DNA of 64,000 bases, from NCBI GenBank assembly GCA_964518565.1, contig CAZFGX010000001.1, positions 588,470 to 652,469 of the forward strand, written 5' to 3'. The position numbers were made by a program, and so were the translations under genes. Under the pieces are notes generated by a model. That model did not search any database. It worked only from the letters and a program-made list of their open reading frames with translations, and was not told the origin of the DNA. Source of the DNA: an uncultured Gammaproteobacteria bacterium. Lineage in GTDB: Bacteria > Patescibacteriota > Microgenomatia > CAZETR01 > Amesbacteraceae. Numbering within the stretch: position 1 is the first letter of the stretch; each line of letters starts with the position of its first letter. Below, in pieces: positions 28,670 through 37,694 of this stretch.

Positions 28670-29752
28670 TTATCTTAACCCACCTGTCACCCGTACTCGT
28701 TTCAAAAGTTCTGGATCATCCAATACTTTTCCACATCCGCGCACCACACATGTCAACGGATCTTCAGAAATATATACCGGCATTCGCGTCTCTTCCGACA
28801 TGAGCTTATCGATTCCAGGAATCAATGCTCCTCCTCCTGCCATCATTATCCCCCGCTCCAAAATATCTGAAACCAATTCTGGTGGAGTTTCTTCCACCAA
28901 ATCTGCTACTGACGATACGATTTCGTTTAGTGTTGGCAGCATCGCCTCCCGAGCTTCATCAGAAGTAATCTTTATCGACTTTGGCAAACCAGATTCCACA
29001 TCTCGTCCTCGCACCACCATATATCGTAGTGCTGGCCGAAGAACTCCTTTTTCATCTACTGCTGTAAATGCCTCAATATGGGCATTTCCTATAGAAGTTT
29101 TTACTTCTTCAGCCGTTCGCTCTCCCAACAATAAGTTATATTTGAGTCTCATGTAATGAATGATCGAATCATCCAGCTCGTCCCCAGCCAATCGCACAGA
29201 TTTATTTACCACCACTCCACCCAATGAAATCACCGCCATCTCAGATGTGCCCCCGCCAATATCGACTATCAATGATCCACCAGGTCCATCAATCGGCAAT
29301 CCTGCCCCAATAGCTGCTGCCATCGGCTCTTCTATCAAATATGCGCTCCTTGCTCCGGCTGAAAGTGCCGCTTCTTGTACCGCGCGCCGTTCCACTTCGG
29401 TAACCCCAGATGGAATACCTATCACGACTCGCGGCTTAGGTACGCGGGGAATCAATTTTCCACTCTCATGCACCTGCAAAATATAATGTTTGAGCATCGC
29501 TTCTGTCGCATCAAAATCTGCAATCACCCCATCTTTTAATGGTCTAATCGCCTCAATCGTTGCCGGTGTCCGACCCAACATTTTTTTCGCCTCTTCACCT
29601 ATTGCCACCACTTGCTTGGTCTTACGATGTCTGGCCACCACCGACGGCTCACGAATCAAAATTCCCTTGCCCTTAACATGAACCAAAGTATTAGCCGTTC
29701 CCAAATCAATGCCTACATCATAGGATAACAAGCCGAAAAAATAGTCCAGCAT
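28670..29752 (-). CDS. mreB: rod shape-determining protein MreB
   Basis: 360 aa; GIDLGTANTLV actin-fold motif, full-length MreB. Confidence 0.9.
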   Translation of the reverse strand: MLDYFFGLLSYDVGIDLGTANTLVHVKGKGILIREPSVVARHRKTKQVVAIGEEAKKMLGRTPATIEAIRPLKDGVIADFDATEAMLKHYILQVHESGKLIPRVPKPRVVIGIPSGVTEVERRAVQEAALSAGARSAYLIEEPMAAAIGAGLPIDGPGGSLIVDIGGGTSEMAVISLGGVVVNKSVRLAGDELDDSIIHYMRLKYNLLLGERTAEEVKTSIGNAHIEAFTAVDEKGVLRPALRYMVVRGRDVESGLPKSIKITSDEAREAMLPTLNEIVSSVADLVEETPPELVSDILERGIMMAGGGALIPGIDKLMSEETRMPVYISEDPLTCVVRGCGKVLDDPELLKRVRVTGGLR

Positions 29753-29792
29753 ACAGCCGGACTATACGATGTCTCGTTCACCTTATCAAGGC

Positions 29793-29848
29793 AAAAAAAA
29801 TACCCCCGAAAGCGTTTCCACTTCCAGGGGTAAACAAATTGATAACTA
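29793..29848 (-). terminator. 56-nt repeat copy 1: hairpin plus U-run (minus-strand intrinsic terminator / 3' UTR)
   Basis: near-identical to 30795-30850; the hairpin closes with two G-U wobbles only when transcribed from the minus strand; followed by UAUUUUUUU. Confidence 0.55.
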
Positions 29849-29864
29849 AGTTTCAAAATCTGAG

Positions 29865-30269
29865 TCAGATCATGTCCGGTGATGAATTTGGATCGGTCAT
29901 ATCGTGAACCATTAAATACAATCCTGCCCCCAACAGACCAGAAACCACAGCCACCAAAATCACACCAGTAGAATTCATATCCGGGAAACTGTGAAAATAA
30001 CCATAACTCTTTATCCATGGAACACAGAAGGTCATGATTTTTGTTTCCACAAAAGCCACAATACTCACACCACCAACCATTGGGAAAAAATGTTGGCCAG
30101 ATGTACCACGCGTACCACTGTATGTTTGAAATATCCACGTCATCAACAATCGCCACAAAAGTGAAAGCACTGCTGGCACAATAACCACACTCCCCAGCAT
30201 CAACACCGATACGATTATGATCATAATCTTACGCGTAAAAATTGGTGAATCGAAAGATATTCCTACCAT
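29865..30269 (-). CDS. small polytopic membrane protein
   Basis: 134 aa, 4 TM. Confidence 0.45.
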   Translation of the reverse strand: MVGISFDSPIFTRKIMIIIVSVLMLGSVVIVPAVLSLLWRLLMTWIFQTYSGTRGTSGQHFFPMVGGVSIVAFVETKIMTFCVPWIKSYGYFHSFPDMNSTGVILVAVVSGLLGAGLYLMVHDMTDPNSSPDMI

Positions 30270-30355
30270 TACTGCTGCAAAAAAAAATACTTACACCGAT
30301 CAACAAGCTAATAACACGAGGCGAAATCACAGTTGAAGCTTTCATAACACACTCC

Positions 30356-30748
30356 TTAAGAAACTGAATTTGAATTATGCATAAATGCAAAAGTCGGAAT
30401 ATAGAAAATCGCCGTAACAACAAGCATCATTGATACTGAATTTTGCGTCACTACCATACGAGATTCTGAATATTGATTCACCCATTCCACCCCAAAAACA
30501 TACAAAGTTGCTTCTAAGGCTAATACGGCAAACAAACCCATCACCCCAGCAAAGGCCAACTGCATGGTCGATAAAATCGTCAGTTTAGCCGCCAGCCAAA
30601 CCGCCAATTTTTTCCACCAATATCCAAAGACTATTGGTACAACAATCATTGAAGTACCCAACAAAATCGGGGCAACCAAAAGTAGCAATTGCATAAATCC
30701 TCCCAAACACTCTTTTTTAGTTATCAATATCAAAGTACAAACACTCAA
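30356..30748 (-). CDS. small polytopic membrane protein
   Basis: 130 aa, 4 TM. Confidence 0.45.
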   Translation of the reverse strand: MSVCTLILITKKECLGGFMQLLLLVAPILLGTSMIVVPIVFGYWWKKLAVWLAAKLTILSTMQLAFAGVMGLFAVLALEATLYVFGVEWVNQYSESRMVVTQNSVSMMLVVTAIFYIPTFAFMHNSNSVS

Positions 30749-30794
30749 AACAGCCGCATATAGGCTTAGTAAATGTTTATAGGCCTATTATATC

Positions 30795-30850
30795 AAAAAA
30801 ATACCCCCGAAAGCGTTTTCCACTTCCAGGGGTAAACAAATTGATAACTA
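30795..30850 (-). terminator. 56-nt repeat copy 2: hairpin plus U-run
   Basis: 56/57 identity to copy 1; directly after the stop of the 30857..31171 gene. Confidence 0.55.
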
Positions 30851-30856
30851 GAACGT

Positions 30857-31171
30857 TCAGACAAACCGTCGCAAAAACACAGTCAGAATCAAATCTGTGA
30901 GCACGTATCCCAACAGCACAAAACACGTGCTGAAAACTTTCACTATTACGTCACTTTCAATTACTGGCCACTGCATCACTGCAAAAATCATCATCACGAC
31001 ATATGGATACAAGACCCATGCCAAAACTCCACCCACTACATAAGAGTAATTTCTCAAGTTGTCTGGAACATTTGGCAAAGCAAACCGCCTCACACCCAAA
31101 CAAAACAAAATTCCAACGACAGCAGGGATGATCCCAATCCCAACAACCAACGAAAGAGTAGGCATATTCAT
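30857..31171 (-). CDS. small membrane protein (paralog of 31661..32008)
   Basis: 104 aa, 3 TM; shared C-terminal YVLTDLILTVFLRRF / YILTDIVLFRFFQRN. Confidence 0.5.
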   Translation of the reverse strand: MNMPTLSLVVGIGIIPAVVGILFCLGVRRFALPNVPDNLRNYSYVVGGVLAWVLYPYVVMMIFAVMQWPVIESDVIVKVFSTCFVLLGYVLTDLILTVFLRRFV

Positions 31172-31179
31172 GATAATTC

Positions 31180-31692
31180 TTAATTCACTCCTTCCAAAAC
31201 TTTACGAGCGTTACCGTATCCCATCAAATAAAAAACCACTGCCACACTTCCAAACAATAGTCTCCCTGTCCAGATGTGTGCCATTGAGTTATCTGACGAT
31301 CCAACAACCCAAGTATCTAAAGACCAAACGGTAAATTTACCTATACCATAACCCAGCAATATGGCAGTCAACACACCAACAAGTCGATCATATCTGAAAT
31401 ATCTTGCAGACCCACAAAGTGTTACGACCAACTTCCACAAAAGACCATAAATCACGTGCCCACAAACCAGAGGGACTAATACAAAGGCCACAATCCCCCC
31501 TAGAGCAAGAGCGATTTTTACAACAACATTAATGTAAAACATGAGCTCTGCAGAGGAAGCCAATGAGCCAAAAACCAACACGACAAGCAATATTGCAAAC
31601 CCTAAAATACTTACGCTCACTAAATTACGTTTTTTCCCAGTATTCATACAACCTCCAATATTAGTTCCTCTGAAAAAATCGAAACAACACAA
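31180..31692 (-). CDS. small polytopic membrane protein
   Basis: 170 aa ORF (start possibly the internal MNTGKK), 4 TM. Confidence 0.45.
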   Translation of the reverse strand: MCCFDFFRGTNIGGCMNTGKKRNLVSVSILGFAILLVVLVFGSLASSAELMFYINVVVKIALALGGIVAFVLVPLVCGHVIYGLLWKLVVTLCGSARYFRYDRLVGVLTAILLGYGIGKFTVWSLDTWVVGSSDNSMAHIWTGRLLFGSVAVVFYLMGYGNARKVLEGVN

Positions 31693-32008
31693 TGTCAGTC
31701 AGGATATACCCCACACCAACAAGTGCAGCGCCAAAGATATTCACCAGTACTTCAATCGTGGAAAGTGGCACACGTAAATACTCGACCACATCAGAAGCCA
31801 TATACATGCCAGAAAAAATCTGCATGGTGATTCGAGAATTCAAAAATCCCGACAACACACCACAAAACATGAGGGCAATCGGATAGCTCTGAAACTTCAT
31901 TCTGGGCAACACAAATGATCTCATAATCACACAAGCCACTAAACCGACAGTCAAAGACGCGATCACTACGCTCGCAACCACCCATCCCAAACTTGCTGTA
32001 ATATTCAC
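31661..32008 (-). CDS. small membrane protein (paralog of 30857..31171)
   Basis: 115 aa, 3 TM, conserved C-terminal motif. Confidence 0.5.
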   Translation of the reverse strand: MNITASLGWVVASVVIASLTVGLVACVIMRSFVLPRMKFQSYPIALMFCGVLSGFLNSRITMQIFSGMYMASDVVEYLRVPLSTIEVLVNIFGAALVGVGYILTDIVLFRFFQRN

Positions 32009-32141
32009 AAAATTTCCTCCTTATTTTCTAGTTATCAAAATGTCAAAGAACACTAGCTCCTGAAAAAAAATCGCAAAACGATTTCCTCAGAATGGCTATA
32101 GGCCATTATACCCCACAAAATCCATCTGTTAAACTTATGCC

Positions 32142-34091
32142 ATGCCGTTTGTCACCAAATGTTTACGCTTTTGTTTTGCTCTGATTTTTGGCCTGACTCC
32201 GCTACTATTTCTCCCCTTCACTTCCGAACTTTTCGAATTCAACAAATTATTTCTCATCTATCTTCTCACTATTATTATTCTTGGCTGTTGGGCAATACAA
32301 ATGTTTAGCGAAAAACGTGTCATCTTCAAGCGCACACCATTAGACCTACCCCTTCTTCTGTTTCTAGGCATCTCTATAGTTTCAAGTCTCTTATCTATCG
32401 ATACCCACACCTCACTGATCGGCTATTACGGCCGCTGGAACGGTGGTCTCTATTCACTTCTAAGTTATGCAGTGCTGTATTGGGCGTATGTCTCAAATAT
32501 CGACAAAGAGGTCAGCCAAAAACTGATCAAATATACACTTCTGCCTTCTGTAGTCATCGTTGCTATATATGCTTCACTCGAACATTTTGGCTTTTCTTTT
32601 TCTTGTTTAGCTATTACCGGAAAATTCGGGGTGGACTGCTGGGTCCAAGATGTCCAAAACCGCGTCTTTGCCACCATTGGTCAACCAAATTGGCTGGCAG
32701 CGTATTTAGTGGGTCTGATATTTATTCCACTCGCCTATGTACTCGAATCAAAAAAAGCTCCCTATCTGCAAATAGCTATCAGCTACCTCTTATATATCTG
32801 TCTCATTTTCACCAAATCTCGCTCCGGCATCTTGGCCTTTGGCATCTCCAGTCTCATATTTTGGTTTCTGCCATTTTTTACTGCCAAAACCAAAAAATAT
32901 TTACCTCTCAGTATTTTTTTTGGTGTAGCTATATTTTTTGGCTTACTCATCAAAAATCCAATTCAAGAATATCTATTCAAATCTTCTACACCAAACACCT
33001 CTGTTGGTCCTGCTCTTGAAGTCGGTGGCACCGAGTCCGGCGCCATTCGCAAAATCGTCTGGGAAGGCGCGATCAATATCTGGCGCGAATCCACCAAAAC
33101 ACTACTTATTGGCACCGGCCCCGAAACTTTCGCCATGGCTTATTACAATCATCGCCCACTGGCTCACAACAACACCTCCGAATGGGAGCTTCTCTACAAT
33201 AAAGCTCACAACGAATTTCTCAACCAACTCGCCACCACCGGTCTTCTGGGCTTGGCTTCCTACATTTTCTTGCTCATTATGATGGCCAAACTATTTTTTG
33301 GCCACAAGACATCTTCCCCTCTCCAACTAGCGCTTTTTTGCGGCTGGATATCGATATCCGTCACCAATTTTTTAGGCTTCTCCGTCGTCGTCACTCAAAT
33401 TTTGCTCTTTTTACTCCCCGCCATATCTCTTTCACTCCAAACTTCCAAACTGTCGAATAAAGTTTATGTTCAACCGTTATTTTCTATTGGTGTATTTCTC
33501 ATCGCTGGCATAGCCATCTATTTTGTCGGCAAAATTTGGATTTCTGATATTCATTACGCTTCATCCCAAAAATATCTATCTTATTTCAGTCGCGCCGACA
33601 ATCCAGACCCACAAGATCTACTCACAGCCTACAACGAAGCCAGTATTGCCTATGACCTCAATCCTAACGAACCATTTATCGACACTCAGCTCGCCGACAC
33701 TGCCGCATACCTGGCTCTCTACACCGGCGAAAAAGATGCCACCACCTCCAGCCAACTGACTACGCTAGCCACCATGGCCAGCCAAAAAGCACTAGCCACG
33801 TCTCCACTTCACCCCCTACATTACAAATCCGCCGCCAGAGTCTATATTTTGCTTTCCGCCTTTAAGCCAGAATATCTGACCACTGCGGACAAAATCCTCC
33901 AGTATGCCCAAGATCTGTCCCCTACAGATCCACGAATTCCCTATAATCGGGCTATTATTGCCAAATACCAGCAAGACAAACCCAAGGCCAAACAACTGTT
34001 TTTGGATAGTCTAAAGCTCAAGTCCGACTTCGGTGATGCCATAGCTCAGGTCAGTCAATTAGCCTCAGACTCAGCCAAACCCAAAAAATGA
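32142..34091 (+). CDS. O-antigen ligase/polymerase-family membrane protein with C-terminal TPR-like repeats
   Basis: 649 aa; about 12 TM; HNEFLNQLATTGLLG Wzy_C-like motif; C-terminal helical repeats. Confidence 0.68.
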   Translation: MPFVTKCLRFCFALIFGLTPLLFLPFTSELFEFNKLFLIYLLTIIILGCWAIQMFSEKRVIFKRTPLDLPLLLFLGISIVSSLLSIDTHTSLIGYYGRWNGGLYSLLSYAVLYWAYVSNIDKEVSQKLIKYTLLPSVVIVAIYASLEHFGFSFSCLAITGKFGVDCWVQDVQNRVFATIGQPNWLAAYLVGLIFIPLAYVLESKKAPYLQIAISYLLYICLIFTKSRSGILAFGISSLIFWFLPFFTAKTKKYLPLSIFFGVAIFFGLLIKNPIQEYLFKSSTPNTSVGPALEVGGTESGAIRKIVWEGAINIWRESTKTLLIGTGPETFAMAYYNHRPLAHNNTSEWELLYNKAHNEFLNQLATTGLLGLASYIFLLIMMAKLFFGHKTSSPLQLALFCGWISISVTNFLGFSVVVTQILLFLLPAISLSLQTSKLSNKVYVQPLFSIGVFLIAGIAIYFVGKIWISDIHYASSQKYLSYFSRADNPDPQDLLTAYNEASIAYDLNPNEPFIDTQLADTAAYLALYTGEKDATTSSQLTTLATMASQKALATSPLHPLHYKSAARVYILLSAFKPEYLTTADKILQYAQDLSPTDPRIPYNRAIIAKYQQDKPKAKQLFLDSLKLKSDFGDAIAQVSQLASDSAKPKK

Positions 34092-34114
34092 CGTTCACCT
34101 GATAAAATCGGAAT

Positions 34115-34657
34115 ATGTCAGCCATTGTCACTACCCCAAACCCAGTCCTCAAACAAGTGGCCAAACCTGTCACCAAAGTCGACAAAAAGCTACTCAGCCT
34201 CATAGACGACATGGTTCGCACACTTAATGCGGCCAAAGATCCGGAAGGTGTTGGTCTGGCGGCCCCTCAAATTGGCATTTCTCTACGAATATTCGTCATG
34301 CGACCAAACAAACGCTTCAAGCCTCGCGTCTACATCAATCCCGAAATTCTCAAGCTCTCCCAAAAAACCCAATCCGTAGATGACAACGATGGTGTCTATG
34401 AAGGCTGTCTGTCTATCCCCCACCACTATGCCCCCATCACTCGATCCCTTTCGCTCACTCTCAAATACCAGACACTAGATACAAATTCCGAGGCTGGATT
34501 GATCACCAAAACCGAGAAATTTACCGCTTTCCCCGCTCACATCATCCAACACGAAGTCGACCATCTAAATGGTGTTTTATTCACCGACCATGTCCTGTCC
34601 CAACAAACCAAGCTCTATCGAATCCATGGCAAAACCTGGGAAGAAGTCCAGCTCTGA
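34115..34657 (+). CDS. def: peptide deformylase
   Basis: 180 aa; GVGLAAPQIG, EGCLSIP and HEVDHLNG motifs. Confidence 0.88.
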   Translation: MSAIVTTPNPVLKQVAKPVTKVDKKLLSLIDDMVRTLNAAKDPEGVGLAAPQIGISLRIFVMRPNKRFKPRVYINPEILKLSQKTQSVDDNDGVYEGCLSIPHHYAPITRSLSLTLKYQTLDTNSEAGLITKTEKFTAFPAHIIQHEVDHLNGVLFTDHVLSQQTKLYRIHGKTWEEVQL

Positions 34658-34789
34658 TTGCCATTTTTGACTATAAGATATAAAATTCCTCCACTAGGTT
34701 GGCCCTTTGACATCGTAAAAATGCGTTTTTCGACCTCAAAAGGCACTAGAATCTTTCGTGTGTTTTTAGGAAAAAGTGAGGATATAGTA

Positions 34790-35377
34790 ATGGCAAAATT
34801 AGACATTCAATCAGCGGTGAGCCAGATTCAAAAATTGATGGACAAGCCCGGCGGCGCATCTCAACAAGAAATCGATGCCATCACGGCACAAGTTCCCAAA
34901 AGATTCCGCGTTCGTGTCATCCAACACGCCGGCGGAAAATGGACCGGCGAAGGTGAAAACCGAAGGTTTGTATACCGAGGAAAATCCTTCATTACCGCAG
35001 TCGCAATTCCAGTTCCCCAAATTTCATGCGGCCAGATTCAGGACTATGTCATGGAACTTCTGACACAATATCCATCGGGTATTCGCAGATCAGAATTCTG
35101 GAACAATATCGAAATCTTCGCTGGACGAAAACTATCGATTACCGACAAACAGTCCGCAATTGGGAAAGCACACGTCGTCCTCAAAAATGATGTGTACTAC
35201 CCACTTCGTCCAACAGCTGCAATTGAACATCCGGCAACCAAACTTCAAAGCACGCAAGTGATTGAAATGTATGCCGACGAGATTCAATCTAGCACAGCTG
35301 GAAAACTAGGTGCACGTTTCGATTTTGGTGGAAAAGTGAAACTGGTCATCCAAATTTTTGGTGGGAAAAAGGAGTAA
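34790..35377 (+). CDS. hypothetical protein with two winged-helix-like modules (cassette gene 1)
   Basis: start at MAKLD with an upstream purine-rich SD; the repeated module pattern is shared with the next four genes. Confidence 0.45.
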   Translation: MAKLDIQSAVSQIQKLMDKPGGASQQEIDAITAQVPKRFRVRVIQHAGGKWTGEGENRRFVYRGKSFITAVAIPVPQISCGQIQDYVMELLTQYPSGIRRSEFWNNIEIFAGRKLSITDKQSAIGKAHVVLKNDVYYPLRPTAAIEHPATKLQSTQVIEMYADEIQSSTAGKLGARFDFGGKVKLVIQIFGGKKE

Positions 35378-35381
35378 ATGT

Positions 35382-35792
35382 ATGTCGAGTCACGTGGCAA
35401 AAGAATACATCGTGCTCGAAATCATCGACAAAGTTCTAGCAAATCCACAACGACGAATCAGCAGACCAGATCTCTGGAAAATACTAGAAACAAATAGTAT
35501 CCAGAACCAACACCGTGGAGCATATATCGGAGCCGCAAAACTAAGAAAAATCAATTCATCGGGAAAAGGCGTGTACTACGAGTTACCCGAACAGTACACT
35601 CGCGAGAGTTTTAACCAAAAAACTATCAAACTCACACCGCGAACTATCAGCGCCCCGACATATGAACCCATCCCTATGGAAAAGAAAAAACCCAACAAGT
35701 GGATTCCGATTATTGGAATAGCAATCATCTTGATTGGTATTGCAGTCGGCGTGGCCTACTGGGCCAGCGTACTCGTGCAATCCGCACGATAA
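35382..35792 (+). CDS. wHTH-like module protein with C-terminal TM anchor (cassette gene 2)
   Basis: AAGGAG SD; N-terminal ...ISRPDLWKIL...GKGVYYEL; C-terminal IPIIGIAIILIGIAVGVAYWA. Confidence 0.5.
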   Translation: MSSHVAKEYIVLEIIDKVLANPQRRISRPDLWKILETNSIQNQHRGAYIGAAKLRKINSSGKGVYYELPEQYTRESFNQKTIKLTPRTISAPTYEPIPMEKKKPNKWIPIIGIAIILIGIAVGVAYWASVLVQSAR

Positions 35793-35804
35793 GGAGAAAA
35801 TTGT

Positions 35805-36617
35805 ATGCTTAACGACGAACAATACGCCACTCCTGAAGCCTTCGTCATGGACTTGCTTCAACGAGCCGGAACAACTGGCGTGAAGGTTAATCAACTAAAA
35901 ATGCTGCTCCAGCAACGAAACTATCCTTCACACGGTCGCGCACTTGGCATGCTTTTAGTTAAAGCAGGTACGATGAAAGTTGAAGACACCTACTTCAAAC
36001 TAGGTATTGTCGAAAAGGCAAACATGTCCAGCTCTGCAATTAACATCAAACAGGCAGCCAAAGTTGCAAGAATGATTGTCGAATCTCAACCAGGACAAAC
36101 TATCTTAAAAACACAATTTGTTCAAGAAATGGTTGCCAAAGGTTTGGACATATCAGTTCTCAGCCCTATCGAAAGGGGCCGACTTATCCTAACAGCCGGA
36201 CTGGCAAATACAAATTTGCAAGCGACTCCAGACCTGGAAAACCCAGAAAACGAAATCTGCTACACGCTAAAAAGCGTAGCATTTCGGAATGCTCGCGCTC
36301 AAAATCTTCCGATGATGAACGGCCCGCACGGCTGGGCAACAGGTCAAGGACCAAAAAACGAAGAGAGAAAGAAGCGGCATTATCGCCGGCGTAATCAAAA
36401 TCCCAATCCTCCACTCACTCCGCCATCAACCCAAGTTCCGACAGGAGCTATGGAAATCCCCTTCACTGCCGATGAAGTAACGATTAAAGGAGACAACTCC
36501 ACCTTTACGAAAACTGGCAAATTCAAAGTGTATTTGGTGCCTGTCGGCATCGTACTCTTATTGGTTGCCGCCGGCGTAATTTTCGCCCCTCAAATCGCCA
36601 AAGCATTTGGAGGGTAA
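35805..36617 (+). CDS. protein with two wHTH-like modules and C-terminal TM anchor (cassette gene 3)
   Basis: AAGGAG SD; ...GTTGVKVNQLKMLL...TYFKLG; Arg/Lys-rich linker; C-terminal VYLVPVGIVLLLVAAGVIFA. Confidence 0.5.
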   Translation: MLNDEQYATPEAFVMDLLQRAGTTGVKVNQLKMLLQQRNYPSHGRALGMLLVKAGTMKVEDTYFKLGIVEKANMSSSAINIKQAAKVARMIVESQPGQTILKTQFVQEMVAKGLDISVLSPIERGRLILTAGLANTNLQATPDLENPENEICYTLKSVAFRNARAQNLPMMNGPHGWATGQGPKNEERKKRHYRRRNQNPNPPLTPPSTQVPTGAMEIPFTADEVTIKGDNSTFTKTGKFKVYLVPVGIVLLLVAAGVIFAPQIAKAFGG

Positions 36618-36899
36618 ATGGCTACGTTAACCGAAGTCGCCACTGAACTAAGTCAATACTTTGCCGAAAAAGGAAGCGATGGCATAACGACGCAAGAAGT
36701 TGTCGCTTTTATGGTAGGAAAAAAAATAGTTGTGGGAGAAGTAATGAATGTGGTTCTACACAGCATCGGTGCAGAAAAAGTTGACGGTATTTACCGTCTC
36801 AATCCTAATGCACAAAAAACTGCACTAAATCCCAGCGTCGACACATGGGTAAGAGAGACAAAAAAACCCAGTGTTCCGGGAATTTCAAATCAAAAATAA
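36618..36899 (+). CDS. small wHTH-like module protein (cassette gene 4)
   Basis: 93 aa; ...GSDGITTQEVVAFM...GIYRLNP; start 1 nt after the previous stop. Confidence 0.5.
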   Translation: MATLTEVATELSQYFAEKGSDGITTQEVVAFMVGKKIVVGEVMNVVLHSIGAEKVDGIYRLNPNAQKTALNPSVDTWVRETKKPSVPGISNQK

Positions 36900-36911
36900 A
36901 AGGAAATTGAT

Positions 36912-37280
36912 ATGTCAAACAGTGAATTCAAAAATGCTATCGATCGTTTGAAACCAGTTCTCCAACAAGCCGGCAGTGCCGGTGTTACATCACAAATGTT
37001 TTTGGAGCTAACTGCACATCTAGACAAAATTGCCCGAGGTCGTCTCATCGGCTCCTTGCAGGCATTCACTCTGTCAAATGGAAATATTGCCTTACGCAAA
37101 TTCAAGACAACTGCCGAATCCGCTCCGGCATCTAATCACGAGTCTGGACCCGAATCTGCAAATGTGCATTCAGGTGTCAGCCAAGTAAGTTTTGAGGACA
37201 ACGCAGGTCGATCCTTGACGTACGGCCCAGAAGCGGGCAAAACGTTTACAGTGATCGTCCAAGAAAACGCGAAAAAGTAA
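36912..37280 (+). CDS. small wHTH-like module protein (cassette gene 5)
   Basis: 122 aa; ...GSAGVTSQMFLEL...IALRKF; GGAAA SD. Confidence 0.5.
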   Translation: MSNSEFKNAIDRLKPVLQQAGSAGVTSQMFLELTAHLDKIARGRLIGSLQAFTLSNGNIALRKFKTTAESAPASNHESGPESANVHSGVSQVSFEDNAGRSLTYGPEAGKTFTVIVQENAKK

Positions 37281-37306
37281 CCAACCTATCCCAGCATGCC
37301 GAAGAT

Positions 37307-37681
37307 TTATTTCTTCGTTGTGCTGGGTCTTTTTTTTGCCTGTCGTTGCTCCACTTTCTGTTTCCGACTCACTCGCAATTTTTCATGAATCTCTTGCACT
37401 TCATCTGGCACAAATGCTCCATCAGCAAGATACACCGGCACATCCCCCATTCGACTCATACCAGGAATTATTTTATGCGTCCCATCTGGCATCCGAATTC
37501 TGCGCACACGCCCTTTTACCACTTCTTTTTTCTCTCCCACATTCATGACATAGCCTTGACTCTCTACTCCGCCTTCGTCATACATATTTCCATCTCCACC
37601 CATTTCAGCATCATTTTCCGTATTCATTCCCAACTTTCGCTGGATGTCTGCAATACTTAGTCTTCGTTCAATACTCATCAC
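37307..37681 (-). CDS. hypothetical basic protein
   Basis: 124 aa, Lys/Arg-rich C-terminus, convergent with the cassette. Confidence 0.4.
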   Translation of the reverse strand: MMSIERRLSIADIQRKLGMNTENDAEMGGDGNMYDEGGVESQGYVMNVGEKKEVVKGRVRRIRMPDGTHKIIPGMSRMGDVPVYLADGAFVPDEVQEIHEKLRVSRKQKVEQRQAKKRPSTTKK

Positions 37682-37694
37682 GTATAATTGTACT

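Noticed and set aside
29713-30156. 147-aa minus-strand ORF overlapping the mreB start and the 56-nt repeat
   Set aside because: The translation is Trp/Cys/Phe-rich nonsense with no hydrophobic periodicity. The alternative-frame 134-aa polytopic ORF (29865..30269) is the plausible gene.
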